This document shows positions 35,490 to 38,300 of a stretch of DNA of 38,300 nucleotides, piece by piece (positions within the stretch are counted from its first letter, which is position 1; each line of letters opens with the position of its first letter). Origin of the DNA: an uncultured Candidatus Bathyarchaeia archaeon (GTDB lineage Archaea > Thermoproteota > Bathyarchaeia > Bathyarchaeales > CAZOCN01); contig CAZOCN010000001.1 of the NCBI GenBank assembly GCA_964578315.1, positions 1-38,300 of the forward strand. Reading direction: 5' to 3'. The notes under the pieces were generated by a model that did not search any database, had not been told where the DNA came from, and saw only the letters and a list, made by a program, of their open reading frames with translations. A program made the position numbers and the translations under genes.

Positions 35490-36137
35490 TTGAAAATCCT
35501 CGCCCTTTCAGATTTTCACGGCAATCTAGGATTCGTTAAGAAAGCCGCTCTACGAGCAAAAGAGAAGGAAGTAGACCTCATTGTCGTCTCCGGAGACTTA
35601 ACTCACTTCGGCACCTTGGATACTGCTATACGAATCCTTAAACTCTTACAGGTCAAGCCTGTTTTCTTCGTTCCTGGTAACTGCGATCCGCTGGAGTTGG
35701 CTGAAAAATCTTTTGGGAGAGCTGAGAATCTCCATGGAAAGATACGAGTCTTCGGAGATTTAACCTTTGTAGGCGTCGGTGGAGCCTTAACCAGCTACTT
35801 CAACACGCCCTTTGAGATGAGTGAGGAAGATTTGCATGGAGTAGTTGAGGAAGCTTTTAAGGTGGACTTTAAGAAGCTTGTTATAGTTTCTCATACTCCA
35901 CCGAAGAACACAAGATTAGATTTAGCCTTCAACCGTACCCACGTGGGCAGCGAAACTCTCAGGCGTCTTATAGAAGAGAAGAAGCCTATCTTAGCCCTCT
36001 GTGGACACATACACGAAGCAAAAGGAATAGACACTATAGGAGAGACAGTCATCGTTAATCCTGGACCAGCCCGAGATGGATTCTGCGCCTATATTGAAGT
36101 AGGAGACGAGGTCAAGGTAAAACTGGGTACTCTTTAA
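35490..36137 (+). CDS. Calcineurin-like metallophosphoesterase (YfcE/MJ0936-like)
   Basis: The motifs [30 protein letters not shown] and CGHIHE are present. The TTG start lies 8 nt after AAAGGAGG. The 5' part of track ORF 35124..36137 is antisense to udg and is not coding. Confidence 0.8.
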   Translation: MKILALSDFHGNLGFVKKAALRAKEKEVDLIVVSGDLTHFGTLDTAIRILKLLQVKPVFFVPGNCDPLELAEKSFGRAENLHGKIRVFGDLTFVGVGGALTSYFNTPFEMSEEDLHGVVEEAFKVDFKKLVIVSHTPPKNTRLDLAFNRTHVGSETLRRLIEEKKPILALCGHIHEAKGIDTIGETVIVNPGPARDGFCAYIEVGDEVKVKLGTL

Positions 36138-36206
36138 GGATTTTACTGAATTATTGAAAAAACTTAAAATGAACGCTGAATGAAGTTTCCGTGAGGGACT
36201 TCAGTT

Positions 36207-37739
36207 TTGGGTTTCGACATAGCTGTGAAGAATGGTTTGGTTATAGACGGCACTGGAAATCCAGGTTTTAAGGCAAATTTGTACATTAATAACGGAAAGA
36301 TAGTAGAGATCAGCCGAACCTCCTTACCTATCTCGGCGGATACAGTTATAGACGCGAACGGTCTTATTGTAGCTCCAGGTTTTATAGATATCCATCAACA
36401 CTCAGACTTCACAATATTTGCATGCCCTAGATGTGAGAGTTACATTCATCAAGGAGTGACTACCGTCGCGGGAGGCAACTGCGGACTCTCCTTCGCACCC
36501 CTCAGCGACAAGTATAGAGAGGAGATGAAGCGTTACTATGAACCCTTCACTCTTGGGTTAGAGATACCCTACAACTGGCGCACCTTCGGAGAGTACCTCG
36601 ACAGAATAGAAGAGCTGAAGCCCGGCGTAAACTTCTGGCCCCAAATAGGTCATTGTACCATAAGAGCGAGTGTGATGGGATACGAGGCTAGAAGGGCAGA
36701 AGAGAAGGAGATAGAAGAGATGAAGGCTCTTCTAGAGGAATCCCTCAAAGAGGGAGCTCAAGCCCTATCGAGCGGTGATTACGCTCCGGCTTACTGGGCA
36801 GATACTTCAGAACTGATTGAACTCGCGAAAGTTGTAGCTGAATATGGCGGTATATACACAACTCACCTCAGGAGGGAAGGCTTCGAGGAGGCTGTGGAGA
36901 TAGGTGAGAAGGCTGGGATACCCGTTGAGGTAGCTCATTACGACGGGAAAGGAGTAGCTGAGGCTAGAAGGAGAGGGATAGACGTAACCTACGATGCATA
37001 CCCCTACCATGCAGGGTCGAGTTTTCTGGGGCAGATTCTCCCCTTCTGGCTCTATGAGGGGGGAAAAGACGGGATGCTGGAGAAAATAAAGGAAGAAAAA
37101 GTGCGGAGGAGAGTGAAGAGAGAACTGAGGAACTTCGACTGGAAAACCGCGGTAGTATCCTTCGTCCCAGAGAGAAATAGCAAGAAGTATGAGGGCAGAT
37201 CCATCGAGAATATTGTTAAATCTGAGAACGTGGATCCTGTGGATTTCCTATGCGATCTACTTTTAGATAATGATGGTAACGGGTTATGGATTTGTATGAA
37301 TGGACGCACAGAAGCCTACGTATTCAAAACCCTCAGAGACCCCTACCACTACGTCATATCCGATGGATGGGGCTTAGCAACTTACGAGCCATTACGTAGA
37401 GGGAAAATTCATCCAAGATGTTACGGGACCTTCCCAAGGGTCCTAGGGTGGTACGTTAGGGAATGCGAGGCTATATCGCTTCAAGAAGCTATCCGTAAAA
37501 TGACCTCAGGACCAGCATTAAAAATGGGCATAAGGGATAGGGGGCTCCTAAGGGAAGGTTTCTGGGCAGATATAACAATCTTCGATCCAAAAACGATCAT
37601 AGACAAAGCCACCTTCGAAGACCCACATCAGTATCCAGTGGGAATAGAGTATGTGATAGTTAATGGAAAAGTAGTGATTGAAGAGGGGGAACATACAGGG
37701 GTTCAGGCGGGAAAAGTATTACGGAGAACCGTCTCATAA
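36207..37739 (+). CDS. N-acyl-D-amino-acid deacylase (D-aminoacylase) family amidohydrolase
   Basis: The N-terminal sequence is VIDGTGNP...VAPGFIDIHQHSD and the C-terminal sequence is RGLLREGFWADITIFDP...VIVNGKVV. The length and layout fit the D-aminoacylase subgroup. Confidence 0.8.
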   Translation: MGFDIAVKNGLVIDGTGNPGFKANLYINNGKIVEISRTSLPISADTVIDANGLIVAPGFIDIHQHSDFTIFACPRCESYIHQGVTTVAGGNCGLSFAPLSDKYREEMKRYYEPFTLGLEIPYNWRTFGEYLDRIEELKPGVNFWPQIGHCTIRASVMGYEARRAEEKEIEEMKALLEESLKEGAQALSSGDYAPAYWADTSELIELAKVVAEYGGIYTTHLRREGFEEAVEIGEKAGIPVEVAHYDGKGVAEARRRGIDVTYDAYPYHAGSSFLGQILPFWLYEGGKDGMLEKIKEEKVRRRVKRELRNFDWKTAVVSFVPERNSKKYEGRSIENIVKSENVDPVDFLCDLLLDNDGNGLWICMNGRTEAYVFKTLRDPYHYVISDGWGLATYEPLRRGKIHPRCYGTFPRVLGWYVRECEAISLQEAIRKMTSGPALKMGIRDRGLLREGFWADITIFDPKTIIDKATFEDPHQYPVGIEYVIVNGKVVIEEGEHTGVQAGKVLRRTVS

Positions 37740-37748
37740 AATCCCAAT

Positions 37749-38288
37749 TTAAGCACTCGAACTCTTCGTCCTAAATCTCTCAAAGGCCTTCAGAGCAACA
37801 TAGAAGCCAGGGGCGAACTTCTTCTTCCCTGTTTCAATATCTCTTTTAAGCTCTTCAAATTTCATAAAAAAGCCTTCACTTATCTCCTTATTGTTGAATC
37901 TGATTTTTCCGTCCCATAGACCTATAAATAAAGCCGAGAGCTCCTTCTCTGTTTCAGAGAAACATTTGAACTTCGAGACGAACTTAATCGGGGGAGATAT
38001 GCCTAGTTCTTCTTTGAGCTCCCTGAGGGCTGCTTGAGTGTAGTCTTCTCCGTACTCCACATGCCCTGTAGCTGAGCCCGTATAGTATCCGGGGTATAAA
38101 TCCTTTAAGGGAGACCTCTTCTGAATGAAGAGTTCACCTTTAGAGTTAAGAATGAAGACGTAAACTGACCGATGAATAAGCCCTTTTTCATGACATTCCT
38201 CTCGGGTCGCCTTTCCGATCACCCTGTCATCTTCATCTACAACATAGAAATACTCAACCAACGGTCTATCGATTCTCCTAAAGAACAC
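37749..38288 (-). CDS. Nudix hydrolase (IDI-like subgroup)
   Basis: The Nudix box GHVEYGEDYTQAALRELKEELGI is preceded by HRSVYVFILNSKGELFIQKRS. Confidence 0.85.
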   Translation of the reverse strand: MFFRRIDRPLVEYFYVVDEDDRVIGKATREECHEKGLIHRSVYVFILNSKGELFIQKRSPLKDLYPGYYTGSATGHVEYGEDYTQAALRELKEELGISPPIKFVSKFKCFSETEKELSALFIGLWDGKIRFNNKEISEGFFMKFEELKRDIETGKKKFAPGFYVALKAFERFRTKSSSA

Positions 38289-38300
38289 CTATCAGAAGGG

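Noticed and set aside
36181-36208. A 6-bp hairpin (TGAAGT...ACTTCA) followed by a T-run just before the D-aminoacylase start.
   Set aside because: The stem is short with an 11-nt loop, and it overlaps the TTG start at 36207. This is weak evidence for either a terminator or a regulatory structure.
1-38300. A search by eye of all intergenic spacers (the largest being about 310, 278, 216 and 211 nt) for CRISPR repeats, tRNA/rRNA genes, IS elements or terminal inverted repeats, integrase or transposase genes, and long direct repeats.
   Set aside because: I recognised none. No spacer is long enough for an rRNA, and none shows tRNA-like T-arm/acceptor patterns or regularly spaced repeats. A computational scan (tRNAscan-SE, Infernal/Rfam, a repeat finder) would be needed to be definitive.

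Overview
This is a dense archaeal chromosomal segment. The archaeal assignment rests on aIF5A with deoxyhypusine synthase, NurA-HerA-Mre11-Rad50, XPD, Nob1, a PAC2 proteasome chaperone and tungsten-enzyme genes. The E/K/R/I-rich protein composition and Shine-Dalgarno-led, often overlapping genes suggest a thermophile of the Thermoproteota/TACK type. I support 36 protein genes and found no rRNA, tRNA, CRISPR array, IS element or large repeat by eye. Left to right the window contains: truD (partial) and a DUF1893 gene; the nurA-herA-mre11-rad50 operon; PAC2 and Hsp20; aIF5A and DHS; NAD kinase and Nob1; a membrane protein followed by three diverged paralogous nucleotidyltransferase/OB-like genes; a UPF0182 membrane-protein operon; a fused MoxR-VWA ATPase; tupABC with a ModE-like regulator; glnA; a DegT aminotransferase; XPD; a polyferredoxin with a tungsten-type AOR; UDG; a phosphoesterase; D-aminoacylase; and a Nudix gene. 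Four things deserve a second look. (1) The triplicated, uncharacterised NTase+OB-like paralog cluster at 12865..16061 and its membrane-protein neighbours. (2) A Rad50 with no CxxC zinc hook that carries two hydrophobic helices at the coiled-coil apex instead. (3) Three genes whose conserved N-termini lie upstream of any ATG/GTG/TTG but just downstream of strong SD-like GAGGGG motifs. (4) A CoxD/CoxE-like MoxR-VWA fusion placed back-to-back with the tungstate uptake operon. All family assignments come from motif recognition by eye and need profile searches to confirm.
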